A stretch of 64,000 nt of DNA from Moniliella sp. 'wahieum' (taxonomy: Eukaryota): assembly GCA_003971905.1 (NCBI GenBank), contig RSEE01000095.1:62001-126000 (forward strand), read 5' to 3'. Of this stretch, positions 1 to 11,953 are shown in pieces (the first letter of the stretch is position 1; each line of letters begins with the position of its first letter). The position numbers and the translations under genes are program-made. A model generated the notes under the pieces. That model made no database searches. It was not told the DNA's origin and saw nothing but the letters and a program-made list of their open reading frames with translations.

Positions 1-887
1 TGTACCTCGGGAACGAGAATCATGCCCGGAACGCGGGTCTGTTGCAAGAGCTGGGGGTTACCTACATCCTTTCCGTGGGCGAGTCGCCGTTGTTGGCGAG
101 CGTACAAGAAGAAGGATTAGACGAGCGCTGTCTCAATCCGCACACCTTGGCTGGCGCATGGAGCTTAGGTCGTCTGACCGTGCGTGAAATCCAAGGTGTG
201 CCTGACGATGGGGTGGGGGAATTGCGATCGGTGTTAGCGCCAGCAGTGGAGTTTCTGACGGAAGCGCAACGGGCTGGCGGGTGCGTTCTGGTCCACTGTC
301 GAGCGGGTGTCAGCCGAAGCGCGACGATCGTGATGGCCTACCTGATGGCCCAGAATGGTTGGTCCCTCGAGCATGCCTATAGCCACACGCGACCCGGCGC
401 CTTGCCGTGCTCATCCAGCCCCCTTGCTGTTCTTTTGGGAACTGCAGAACTGGGAGGCCCATCTGGCCCAGACAAACCAACCCAGCAAGACCACCTGGCA
501 TAGCTTGGCAGCCAACATTGCCAAGGCAAAGTACGTTTGCATCCGATCTGAGGTTGTGGCATGGGTTAGGTTTGGATCACTAGTACTGACCCGACCGAAT
601 TGTGGCCATGGCAAATTGAATCCCAAAGCGCTCGGTACGATAATAACTCACGTCTGCCTCCCCCTCTTCCCCCTCCTCCCCCTCTTCCCCCTCCTCCCCC
701 TCCCCCCCTCCTCCCTCCTCCCTCTCCTCCCTCTCCTCTCTCCTCCCTCTCCTCTCTCCTCCCTCTCCTCCCTCTCCTCCCTCTCCTCCCTCTCCCCTCT
801 CCTCCCTCTCCCTCTCCACCCAACCGCTCCCCGTGCACTTCTGAAAACCTCGCCGCCGCTGGCGGAGGCCCATATGTATGGGCTTGA
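1..887 (+). CDS. Pps1-like dual-specificity protein phosphatase, 3' part (gene starts before the window)
   Basis: YLGNENHARNAGLLQELGVTYILSVGES, VPDDGV general-acid loop and intact VHCRAGVSRSAT (HCX5R). After a frameshift near 390 it continues LIQPPLLFFWELQNWE...TWHSLAANIAKA. Intron 531-628 (gtacgt..tactgac..aag), then NARYDNN plus a Pro-rich tail to the stop at 887. Confidence 0.85.
655..818. repeat. C/T-only low-complexity tract built from ~9-bp CTCCTCCCT-like units
   Basis: About 160 nt of almost pure pyrimidine on the + strand. Confidence 0.9.
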
Positions 888-1237
888 GGCGCGAAAACCG
901 AGTTGCCAATCAACTCACTCTGCTCGTCTTCCTGTCCCGCCGCTTGCCTGTTGAACGTCATCGTATGCCATATATATAGATCTCCTGCGCTAAACCCTCC
1001 CCCCTGCTTTACTCGCTTGTTCATCGATCCTTCTCCAACCGGACCGCATGCATGTGCTCATGATTCCATCCCCCCCCCTGCCCCATTCACTGGTAGTACC
1101 CGTTGCCTTTGGAGGCTAGACCAAGGCGAGGCTCAGCAATCCCGACCGAGTAGGTACCGAGCTTGTCCTTGACTCCCGCTGCGACCGAGGAAGAAGGATG
1201 GGAATGATAATGAGAATGAAAGGCTGTACTCGTCTTG

Positions 1238-2600
1238 TCACATGTCATCAGAGAGGGTCTTGAGTTGGTGGGAGAACTGTGCCGCCTGTCCTTCCAAGCT
1301 GGTCAAGCGTACCTCTAGAGAATCTAGGAAACTCCCGCGTTCCCGCACGTCATCGAGGTTGGACGCGATACGAGCCTTCGTTGTGGCCGTATCGTCGGCG
1401 GCAAGAGAAACGGACTCGTCTCAGCGGTCAAAGCGGCGGCGGTTAGACCTTAGGTGGGAGAAGCGCGTACCCACGACCCAACCTCGTGCATTGTGTAGGC
1501 CCAAGGGGACGTAGGGTGCAGACGAATTGGCTTGGTGATACGCTTGAGCGTGCGCTACCAGTACCCCCCGGTAGCATGGGGGCTCGCTGTGGCACGCAAC
1601 GTGCCGCTCCTGCTCCACTTGGGAGGAAGGGAGCGATTGGAACCGGCTAGGACGTTAGCCAGTTCAGCGTCTGGGGAGAGCAACGCAGGTGGCGTGGCCT
1701 TCCCCCCAACTTGTCAAAACCTGAGCTGCTTTGGTCGCCATGGCGCTCGAGTAGGCCGTCAGCCCGCTCCATGTCGGGGAAGATGTAAGTGGACTCTGGG
1801 CCGGCGGGCCGCAGTTCGTGCGCCACCACAGTCCAGAGGTGCACGTGGAGCGGACATAGTGTATCGATAGCATCCCCCCGCACATCGAAGGTGGTTGTCG
1901 CGACCAATGCGCTGGGGGCCATGCTGCCGTACGGGGCGACGCAACATGGGCCGTGCAAGGCGCTTACCACCAGCAATTTTGTCACCCTGGAGATGCGCTC
2001 AGCCCAGATAACTTGAGGGTGCTAGCTCCTCTGCCCATTCCGCCGGAAGAATGTGCATCGGGTAACGTCTTGAGTACAGTCTGTGGCTTCACATCACGCA
2101 AGACATCTCTGCTATCGTAGGCAATGAGGAGATGGTGAAGGTTTGTGGGTGTGGTCTTCATTTGCACCATGACGGGGATGTGTTGAGAAGGGGGGAATAC
2201 GGTACACCCCATCGACGGAGACGTCTCTTCTTCTATCAGAAATTGAGAATCGGGACGGGCTGACGCATAGCCGACTCTGATCATATGCATCGATCGTCCC
2301 GTCGCGTAGGCCCGGAAAGGTGGTCGTGCCTCGGGCTCAGTTCATGACGAGGACTTGGTTCCGGGCGGGATAGGCGCCGATGCGCTGAGGTTCTCGCAGC
2401 ACGAGGCGGGGGTCACGTGTCGGGTTCGAGAAGGCAATAGGGTGGGAAGCATCGCGCAGTCCGTCTGCCGCCATAGGGTCCGATTGGCTAGGTCAAGCAC
2501 ACTAAGATGTCCTTCTCGTCCAGCACGACCAACGAGGACGAGGCCGGCTTGAAAGCCAGGGGCTGCACCTTGAACGACGGATGAAGGGCAGCGAGGACAT
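1238..2600 (-). CDS. Truncated Sro7/Lgl/tomosyn-like protein: Lgl C-terminal-like region plus R-SNARE-like tail, frameshifted
   Basis: The C-terminus reads TKARIASNLDDVRERGSFLDSLEVRLTSLEGQAAQFSHQLK (R-SNARE-type ERGxxL heptads). Upstream pieces GHLSVLDLANRTLW and STYIFPDMER resemble Lgl_C segments. Start and end are uncertain. Confidence 0.55.
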
Positions 2601-3813
2601 GGACGGCGGCGGGGCGGGCTATGGTGGGGGAAGGCTGCTGGGGCCAATGTCTGGTCCCGAGGGCCCGCTTGGCTGGCCTCGGCCGCATGCGAGCAACAAT
2701 GAATCATGGATGTGGTGGTGGTGGTGGTGGCTCAGCAGCAGCGACCCATGGCTTGATGTGGAGGGCTGACGTCATGGTGGGATGCACGCGCACTGGGCGT
2801 GACGCGTCACGCGTCACACGTCAGGAGAGCTACGCTCGATGACGTAACCGGAATGGCCACATTCAATATTCAATCCACTCGACAACCTCGTCTCAGCGAG
2901 GACTCGGTCGGCCTCTCGGCAGTCTCCAGCTGCCCCAACCCAACGCAAGTCCAGGCTGTGAGGAATATGGTGTCGCCCAGCCGCCCCTCCTCGTTCCTTC
3001 CCAGGCCTCCACTCTACCACAACGGGCAGAAAGGGGGAGGTTGCGGGACTGTATGGGCCAGCCATGGAGTATTCGTGTCGAATCAGTCGATTCAAATGCC
3101 GCTCGCGACATGGTGATCCTCCAGACCTTTCGCCTTTCCACGCTCCACGCTCTGCCCGCCCCACACACAGTGTCTGTGCATAGCATCACAGGGATTGGGG
3201 ATTGGCGATTGGCTCAGCAGCAGGGGCAGTGAGGCCAGTGAGGCCGAGGCGTGTGGCCCTGACCGAGTCCTGAGTCGGAGCTTAGAAGCTTGAGACGCCC
3301 CCCCACGCGGTCGCTTGGGTACCTCAGACGCCCCGCAGACGCCCCCTGGAAGTCTCGCCTGGTAAGATCCCAGCAGACTCGGATGCTCATCTGTGTTGGG
3401 CGCTGGGCCCAGCAAGTCACGTGGCCCGACCCACCGCCACCTGCCGCCGGTTGCCGTCTCCCCTGGCAGCTGGGCGGTGCCAGCACCAGACGCTGTCTCA
3501 GTGCTCTGCCCCGCGCCAGGCAGGGGGGCAGTCTCTGGCCTCGCCCCATCTGGGCTGCAGTAATTCTCGTAATTCTCGTAATTACCCAGGAACCGCTGAT
3601 GTGCTTCGGCCAGGGGGCGCACAAGGGCACACAGCGGCGTTAACCCCGCTCTTCCACTGCCTCTTCGGCCAGCGTCAACCTTCAAAACGCCCACCGCAGC
3701 CATCTCCTTGCCATCGCTCCTGCACCCGCTGCCACCACCAATCATCACCCCCATCGCCATCCCGATCCCTTCCTCCTCTCGTCTCATTCCGTATTACCCT
3801 GCCCCCACCCTCC

Positions 3814-6625
3814 ATGCCAGACCAATCCCTGTCGCTTGGCTTGCTCCCCCACGAACTCAAAGTGCATGTGGCCCGGATGGTGTACCTGTTGGGGCAGCCG
3901 GCATCCGTGGCCGACACATTGCACCAGTTCCCCTATCCCCAGTCCTCGGCCGGAGCGACGTGGGCAGAGACCCAGCCCATGAAGAGCAAAGTGGCCCGGC
4001 ACACACTCTGGACCTTAGGCCTGGTGAGCAAGGCATGGAACGCTGCTTCCCGCCCCTTCCTCTTTCGCGAGGTACACATCGGGTGGCCGTTCAGCTTCAT
4101 CCTTCTGCTCCGCACTCTGGGCGCGAGTCATCTCCTGGTAGCTGCCTATGATACCCTGGGAGAAGCCAAGACGGTCAATATGGACCCCACCGATCCTGCC
4201 TCCTTCCCACGCATGGTCGCTGCTGCCGGTTTTGCCCAGGCCACGGGGCACCGCATGGTGGTTGCTCTCCCGGATAAAGGCAAGGCCCCAACGACCACCC
4301 ACCCTCACGGCTTGCCTGTCCCATTTGATGACACAGCCGCCTCCTCACCTGCGCCATTCCCTGTTCGGGGCCGCTTGCTTCCGGACGATGAGGCGAGCTA
4401 GAACTCATTTGGGACGAACTATTGTCCTCCGAGGTGACTGAGACCGAGACGGACTTGACAGACGAGTCGGACAACACGCTGCGCCACGAACCAAGCCGAA
4501 ACGTTATGTGGTTGCGCTCAAGCAAGATGGATCGTTGCGGCAATGTACGCCATTCTTTCTATTCTGGGTGTTGAGTTTTCGCATATGCTAACCTGCCAAA
4601 ACAAAAGTGCATCGCTATGTACGCCTCTTGGACTTCTCCACCTTCCATACTCAAGGTCTCAAACGGACTGTGGGACAAGGTGTGGTCGCGCGCTTCGTGA
4701 CCCCTTCACGTCTTCTGGCCTTGATCACCGCGGTGCGAGAGAACCTTACCTCTTTTGCGGCGTGTGAGACGATGGACTCGGCATTGACGTTGCCCGTGTT
4801 GGAAGCACTCTTGCTCCGACCCGATGACAAAGAGGCTTCTTGGCCGTCGGAGTTGTCCCCTCCCCGCACCAGTCTGTCTCCGACGGGCCAAGAACTGAGC
4901 CGGAGTCGAAGTCGAGGGCGCACGTTTCAGCGTCGGCCAGCATCGTTGCGAGGCGTCTCGCTCGAGTCGGTCCAACGGAGACGGAGTACCTCCCTCTCGA
5001 TCCGGGCCAACCTACAAGATCCCGACGCGCCACTAGGAAAGAAGCAGCTCGAAGCACTTGACTTGTGCGGGTGTGTGAGCAGCGTGTTCCAAGCTGCCCT
5101 GATGGAATTTGTTGAGCGACACCTCACTCGCCGGACTGAGGAGCCGTTTCCTCCCCCTCTGCTCGAACGTCGTGGACGCACGCTCACGCGCACGCACCTT
5201 GTTCCGCTCCCCGATGCCGTCACGGAGGAGTCAGGGGAAGAGTCGGAAGTGTGGACGTATGGTCCAAGGCCACTGACTCGCAGCTCCACCTACACGCCCC
5301 CCCAACCTCTCGACGTCCAGGCCATGCTGCAAGGTCCTCGTGCAGCATCGATGACGGACCAGTGGCGGTCCCGCTCCATGTCCACCTCCCGTCCTCGGCC
5401 ACGGCGAAGAGCTCGTTCACACTCTTCCAGTCAGGCACGGGAAGATACTACCGTGCAGATTCCCAGTGTGCAACGACTTGGGCTTAGCGGTGTTCGTGCG
5501 CCGACCGAGTGCCTGCACACATTTATCCTTGCCTTCCCCCGACTTACCCACTTGGACTTAAGTGGGACCCTGGTAACCGACAATCTGCTGGCGTCCCTTG
5601 CGGTGGGACCGTTGGTTCTTACCGCTCTCAGTTTGGCCGAGTGCAAACTGCTCTCCTCACGGGCCATCACCGACCTTGTCCTCTCGCCCGTGTGTGCTTC
5701 ACTTACCCAACTCAGTCTCCGACGTACCACCGACGGCCCGGCCTTGACCCGAGACGATGCGCAGCAACTCTTCTCAGCCCCCTTTCTTCGGGCGCTGTGG
5801 AATATTTGGACCTAGGTGGGTGCGGGCTGGACGATGACCTGCTGGAGCTGTTACCGGCCCAAGCGCACTTACTTGACCTTGGTCTGAGCTACAACCCGCA
5901 CCTGTCTCTCACCTCGATTGCCAATTGGGTCCTGAGCCGAGCGAGGGGGGTGGAAGTTCTAGATTTGGCCTACTCGTGTGACCAGGCGGCGCAGGGGCTG
6001 GTGACTGCGAACAAACTGTACACCATGCTCCTCGGTCCGCTCGGGGAGGCCAAGCCGCTCAGTTTGGCAGACCAACTAGCCTACCTAGACCGTCCGGACC
6101 TAGTGCCCCCGCAAGAAGCAGCAAGTAACCTCCTCGCCGTGGAACTTTCGCCTGCTGTGCTCCACACGGTAGGTGCGGGCATCAGTTCTTGGCGTGCGGT
6201 CCGTGGGGCCGGCCGACGCGGATGGGTGGTGGACACACGGGCGAAACGGGTGGAACAAACTAGGAAGAACGGCGAGACGGACGAGACGGACGCATCCATG
6301 AGGGCTCGAGCTATTCCTGAGTCCAACTCACCGTGTGCAACGACGATGCCTTCCCAGGACGAATGGGACTTGGTTCTCACCCGTCCTCCCTCACCTATCC
6401 CTTCCGCTGTACCCGTTTCATCTGTGGCCCCGGAGCAGGAACCGGGGGTGCGTGTACTTCGTTCGGAACCTAGTGCTCACACCACACCTTCAAGCGCTGG
6501 CGGACAATGACTTTAACCCTGCCTCGGTCGGATGGCACTCTCATAAGATGGCCATCGTTCAGCCGGGCGCCTTTCTTGGGAGAGAAGAGGGCGCGTATGC
6601 CCATGTTGCCTTTGCCCGTTCCTAA
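3814..6625 (+). CDS. Fungal F-box / RNI-like leucine-rich-repeat protein
   Basis: N-terminal LLPHELKVHVARMV (F-box-like); HRYVRLLDFSTF...ETMDSALTLPVLEALL; LRR units LEALDLCGC, LTHLDLSGT, LTALSLAEC, VEYLDLGGC, LLDLGLSYN. Intron ~4545-4607; several 1-nt frameshifts. Confidence 0.8.
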
Positions 6626-7160
6626 CCGCCCTGGCTTCGTCCAACAAAAGGCGGTTGCAAAGTGCTTAAAGATATTATATTTGAGTGGGTGTGGCAGGCA
6701 GTGTTGTGTACCACACATGTATTTACGTGGTGGCTCCCAAATCCCTGTATTCATTTTCTCTCGTGAACGCGTAAGCCGACATCAGTTCCATTCAAAGGGG
6801 AAACGCTAGACTGCTTGATGGTCTCCCATGCATGTCGATTTGTCCGGCGTTGCTTCTGTTGCTTCGCTCGGGCAGGAAGAACTAAGAAGGAATCAGGGCA
6901 AAATGGGTCTGGCTGCGGATAGCGGTGGCACCCCACATCTTTACACCTCGCTCAAACGACCAAACACTGCAGGTTAGCGATCCTTGCCAGATAAAATGGC
7001 TATTCAGTCCTTCGTGTCATCGTCATCCACTGAGGAATGAATGGATGAAGAGTTACTTTTTGGCGTTTAGTGTACAAGTCCTTTTCGCCTCTGGCTCTCA
7101 GGCCGCGGCTGAGGTGACTTGTACCGCGGTCAGTACGCAGTATATACGCAGTACGCAGTA

Positions 7161-8024
7161 TGTCACGGGCTGCGGCGGACACGAGATGGTCCGACCGAAG
7201 CTGAGGCCCGTCTGCTCCGCACAGGCCCAGTAGAGCGTGCTCCGCAGGCCAACCGATTGTGATGGTTGGCTAAATTAAGTATCGTGGCCGAAGGGCCATG
7301 CTCAGCGCGACAACAGTCGCCTCCCGCCCAAGTCCACGTCAGCCGGCCTAAATAAGGCCACCGAGCTTCCAATGCCGTGGCGGCGTCTGCCGCCTCGTTC
7401 CCGTTTCCTTTTCCTTTCTCGGTCGCGCCTGCGGCGACCAACCCGCTTTTGACATGTCTTCCTTTCTACACCCCCTCTTGTATCCGTTTCCCTTTTGATC
7501 CTGCCTGTACCCCTGGTTGATGGGGATCTTTTCCCCCCCTTCCATTCTCGTCCTTCTCGTCCTTCTCGTCCTTCTCGTCCTTTCTCGTCATCCTCTCGCC
7601 TTCCCGTCTATCCTGTCCGGCTCCTGCCCGTTTCCAGCCAATTTATCCAGTACAGGCAGCTTCTCTTGTTAGCGTCCGACTTCTCCTCCGACCTCGTCCT
7701 CCAGCCCTTCGTCAGTCCAATCGCGCGAGCCCTCCTCTGGTCGCGGCGATTCCCAGTCTCTGTTGAGGCAGTGTTTGTCCGCCTCTGCCTCCTCCCGTCC
7801 CTAAGTCCCGGAGGCTTCAGACACGTTACTACGGCCCAAGCCGGTGCAGACGCAGCCTTGCCACACGTGCAGCCCCCCACCAAAGGCCTCTCCTCGTCCC
7901 TAGCTCCGCTCGGACGCACCAACCAGCCTAAGCCCGAAACTACCGTGAGTCGACCTACCGTCGCCTAAGAGATTGTACCCCAAAACCCCCAGGGCGGGCC
8001 CCCTGGCGGCGCCCGCCCGTGACA
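7161..8024 (+). mobile_element. Solo LTR, copy 1 (864 bp)
   Basis: Starts TGTCACGGGC and ends GCCCGTGACA (10-bp perfect terminal inverted repeat, TG..CA). 5-bp TSD CAGTA at 7156-7160 and 8025-8029. Homologous along its length to the reverse complement of 48683-49510. Strand is assigned only relative to copy 2. Confidence 0.9.
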
Positions 8025-11000
8025 CAGTACTCGGTTATAGTATGTGTGGCGAACGAAGACGCGACGGGGCGGTACGCCTGGTTCCGGCGCAGCAAATAGT
8101 AGGGACCCAGAAACGAAAACCGAATACACCCTCAGTACTCAGTAGGATTGATGCAATGGATGGCATAACTAATGCCCGCGACAGTAATCAGTAACTAGTA
8201 CTGTTGTGACCCGTGAAACCCGCGCTAACCTGCTAACCGGTTAGAACCCGACCCAGCTCGGAACCAGTATCCACCAATGTGATTCCTGTGATTGATGCGG
8301 ACGGTGGGCATGCAGAACTTTCAGAACCGCGAGCGACCCCTGAAAATCCAGAACAGAAGACGGGGTGCGCCAAAAATGGAGTGGCAAGCTGCTTCAGCCT
8401 TCAGCTTCAAGCTTCAAGCTTCAAGCTTCAAAAGCTTCTTGTAGCTTCCACTTGACGCTGACGATGACGACGGTGACTGATGTGACGGAAAGTGACATTG
8501 ACAGGTGACAAAGAGGCAGGTGACCCGGTGACAAGTTTCAATGTGACCGAGACCAGTGACCGGTGACACTTGACGCGCTCGACGCGTGACGGTCGAACCA
8601 TTTCAGGTGCGCGCATTTGTACACGATGATCGATGAACTGCGCTACGGAAGAAGGCTGTGGATATGCGCCCTGTCCCCCCGTCTTCCTTCCCTTGGTCAT
8701 ATACACTTCGTGTATACGTTCACAATCGATCAACGTTCACGATCACGTACATTCAACACGTTCAACGGTCAACGTGGTCAAGGTCAACGTGGTCAGCCAT
8801 CTCCACCGACCACCATCGACACATCAATTGCTGCTGACCCCTGACGGAGGTATCGATATACTCTTAGATCTTAACCTCTGTTGTGACGCATATGTGTGTA
8901 CTGATCGACTCTCTATCTCAAAATGCGTCGTGTAGTTTCCCATCGGTCACTAAGATCTTCAACGTTCACTCTGGCGAGATGATAGCAAAAAAAATCACGG
9001 TGGTGAAGAGGTTGCGGTATGTCTTCTCTATAGCTCAGTAAAGAGAAGAAGGGACAAGTGCGTTGCATACGAGGAGAGACGCTGTGAAGACGGGTACCAA
9101 AAAGACAATAAGGACCCCAAAAGAAAAACGACCGAACGAGAGAGAGAATGACGGACACAAGTGTGATGGACACAAAAAAAAACAGAGCAGAAGACCAAAC
9201 CAAGCTGGATACGCTTCGACACTGCGAGAGAGTGCGGAGGACCGAATCCTGAGCTACCGTGATGAAAGCTGAGACCTGAGAGATATTATGACGATGATGT
9301 GAGAGGGAAAGACGGTTTTTTGGAGGATGAGAGGATATATCGTTTTTGATAGTCCCTTCCATGGCTATCGACGCTCAACTCTTGAAGAATAACGCGTAAC
9401 GGGAGAGGTACAGCGCGTCTACCCACCTTAACGCTTAAAACGGTCTTATGCCTTACGCGTTTTACTCTTTAAACCTTACCTTATACCGTGATGGTACAGA
9501 CTGGCATGCAAGATCCAAAACATGCTACCGGAGGGATGTACCGCGCGCATTACCCTTCAACATATATCCATGGATATACGGACGCGCGGACGAATCTGTG
9601 TCCAATGCGAGCCATTGGGGCAACTAGTTTTACTTCAGGTACTGATGCGCGCATGGAGGGTACCCGGGTAAAAAGGTTTTGATCGTCGACTCGATCGGCG
9701 CTAGGTCTTAGATCCCTTAGGAGACTTATACGCACCCCGACAGACTCCGGTGTTTTCTTCGGGGCCTACCCTGTCGTTGGGGTTTGTTTGCCTTGCAGCT
9801 AGGCGATGGTGACAGTAGGTGACCAACACAGGAGAGCAAGTGACTGAAAGGTAGTGCTTGTGAGGCCTGAGGCCAATGATTGAGACCTGTGAGGTGTGTG
9901 AGGAGGCCTGTGGCCTGTAGCCTGAGGGGCCTGAAGCCCTGAGGCCTGACACGCTGAGTCGACGGGCACACAAAACAAATGGAGGGATAGGATAGTTTGT
10001 TTGTTTGTTAAAAGGTGCCAGCGCCATCGTCTTCATGCTTGTGTGGTGTGCATTTTATGCCAGCGATGATGTCAGCAATGTGAGCGTCGTGAGCGAGGAT
10101 GAGGGTGCGCCCCTGACGCGCGTGACGGAGATGTGCCAGCCCTGTGAGTACTCAACTGAGTACAGTACTGAGTGCCTCGGGCTGAGTAGGGGGGGAGGGC
10201 GAGGGCTATTCAAGCGCAACGTCCAAGTCCGACATATTAAGGGATACAAACACTGCTTTGAACTGACCCTCTGATGAGTCTCTTCCGCGCCGAGCGCTCA
10301 GCATGTGAGCTGTGAGCTGTGAGCTGTGAGCGCTGAGCCCGTGAAGGGGGAGAGTATATCTTTGAGTACCAAGTACAGAGAGGACCGAGTGTATACCGAA
10401 GAGTCTCCTGGAATAGAGGGAGTTCATAGTTGTTTGTGCGTTTGTTGAAGATGGCACACATACAGTGTTTTTGCCATGAGAATATATAATGCCTAACAGT
10501 GATATGCTGACAGAGCGCTGAGCCATCCAGTGGCGAAGAAGTGTTTCGGGGTTTCTGGTTGAGGCCTGAGGGTGTTGCGGGGAGGTTATTATGTGGAGAG
10601 TGCAAATAAGCGCTAGTAGTCGCTCGGGTCCATATATAGTACTGACCTGCGCGTTTTGGGGCTTTATAGTTGGGAGCCCGAACCCTGTTGCTGTGCTGCA
10701 TCCTGCCCGCAGGTCACGCGCGTCACGGTGAAGCACCAGTCAGCCGTCGGTGACGCGTGACGCGTGACGGCCGCGTGTGACGGACGTGACGCTGGTCCGT
10801 GGCCTACAACAGCACAAAAGAAACCCTGCTCTTTATTGTTTTTCTTTTGTGTTTTTCTTTGGACAAAAAACACACACAAAAAGATCTTCACCCACTTTGT
10901 CCTGTAGCTCCAGCTCGTGGCGTGTGAAATCATACTCATTCCTTGAAGCTTGAAGCTTGACGACGTAACGACTCACAACAAAGCCTAAGGCCTGAGGCTC

Positions 11001-11953
11001 TAAGGATGCTTTGTAGATGGGCGGCGTACCATCCGTGGACGCGAAACCACAAGACAGAGCAGTAGTACTATATAGGGCAGAGGAAGCGGGAGGGGAGCAC
11101 GGTTTCAATGAGAAGCCCGTCGCGGCTGTCTGTCGTCCGTGCTTAGCGTTTACTATTAACAGAGCCATGATGCATGGTGCGTCCAATTGCACGTATACCT
11201 CGGTACAAGGATCTTGTCGACAGGTGTGTGGGCAACACATAACGCACAGCCGACGGTTGGGATGACTTGTAAGATGTGCTAGGCTTGCCCGGGGGCGCTG
11301 CATTCTATGCGCGCGACGTTCTTTTGCGATTGGCCGCCACCCAACGTCCCACCAGGTTCTTCTACTCTGTCTACCGGTCACTTTTTCACATCCTGGGTTG
11401 CTGTTGTATAGTCCTGTGCCTGCCGATGGGTGGAACAGCGGTGGCCAATCATAATCACCAGAAGCATTCGTCCGAGCAGCAGTAATCAGGACCTCCAATA
11501 CACAGTAATCATCAGGCACCGGTCGGCGGCGCACGCGTGAGAGCACTTTGAACATTGCATGGGGAAGGCAGACAGCAGAGAGAATGGGCGGCAGATACGC
11601 ATGGAATGCGGCCGGCTCGCGTCGCACCCGGCGCTGTTGTGCTGCGCTGAAGCGCTGACGCTTCTTCTAGTCACTAGTCGTCTATATCCGGACTCAGAAG
11701 CTCTGGCCGAAGAGTGCGGCCGGCCGGGGCAGGCTGCTCCGTCTGTTCCAGTGCTGTTCCAGCGCTGCGCCAAGGCTGCTCCAGTGCTGCCCCCCCGTCT
11801 CCCATCTCAGATCTTGCTCAGACTGCTCGTCCCAGATCTCAGAGGCTCCCGATCACATGTGTCACAGCAGACTCGCCCCCCCTCCCACATTCCAATCCTC
11901 CGTCGCCTGCCTGCCACGCCCTGCCCCCACCCCCGCTACCCCACCCCACCACC

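Noticed and set aside
566..1024. Gly/Glu/Arg-rich minus-strand ORFs
   Set aside because: They are translations of the C/T low-complexity tract.
7495..7968. Similar ORFs here and at 48672-49186 as a duplicated gene
   Set aside because: Both lie inside the solo LTRs, the frame is not conserved between copies, and there is no protein motif.
8913..9362. 149-aa hydrophobic ORF
   Set aside because: The hydrophobicity comes from a T-rich tract; no family signal. It could be an untranslated transcript, but that cannot be supported from sequence.
10271..10340. CTGATGAG as a hammerhead core or box C
   Set aside because: No matching GAAA core or stems; the downstream sequence is a (TGTGAGC)n heptamer run.
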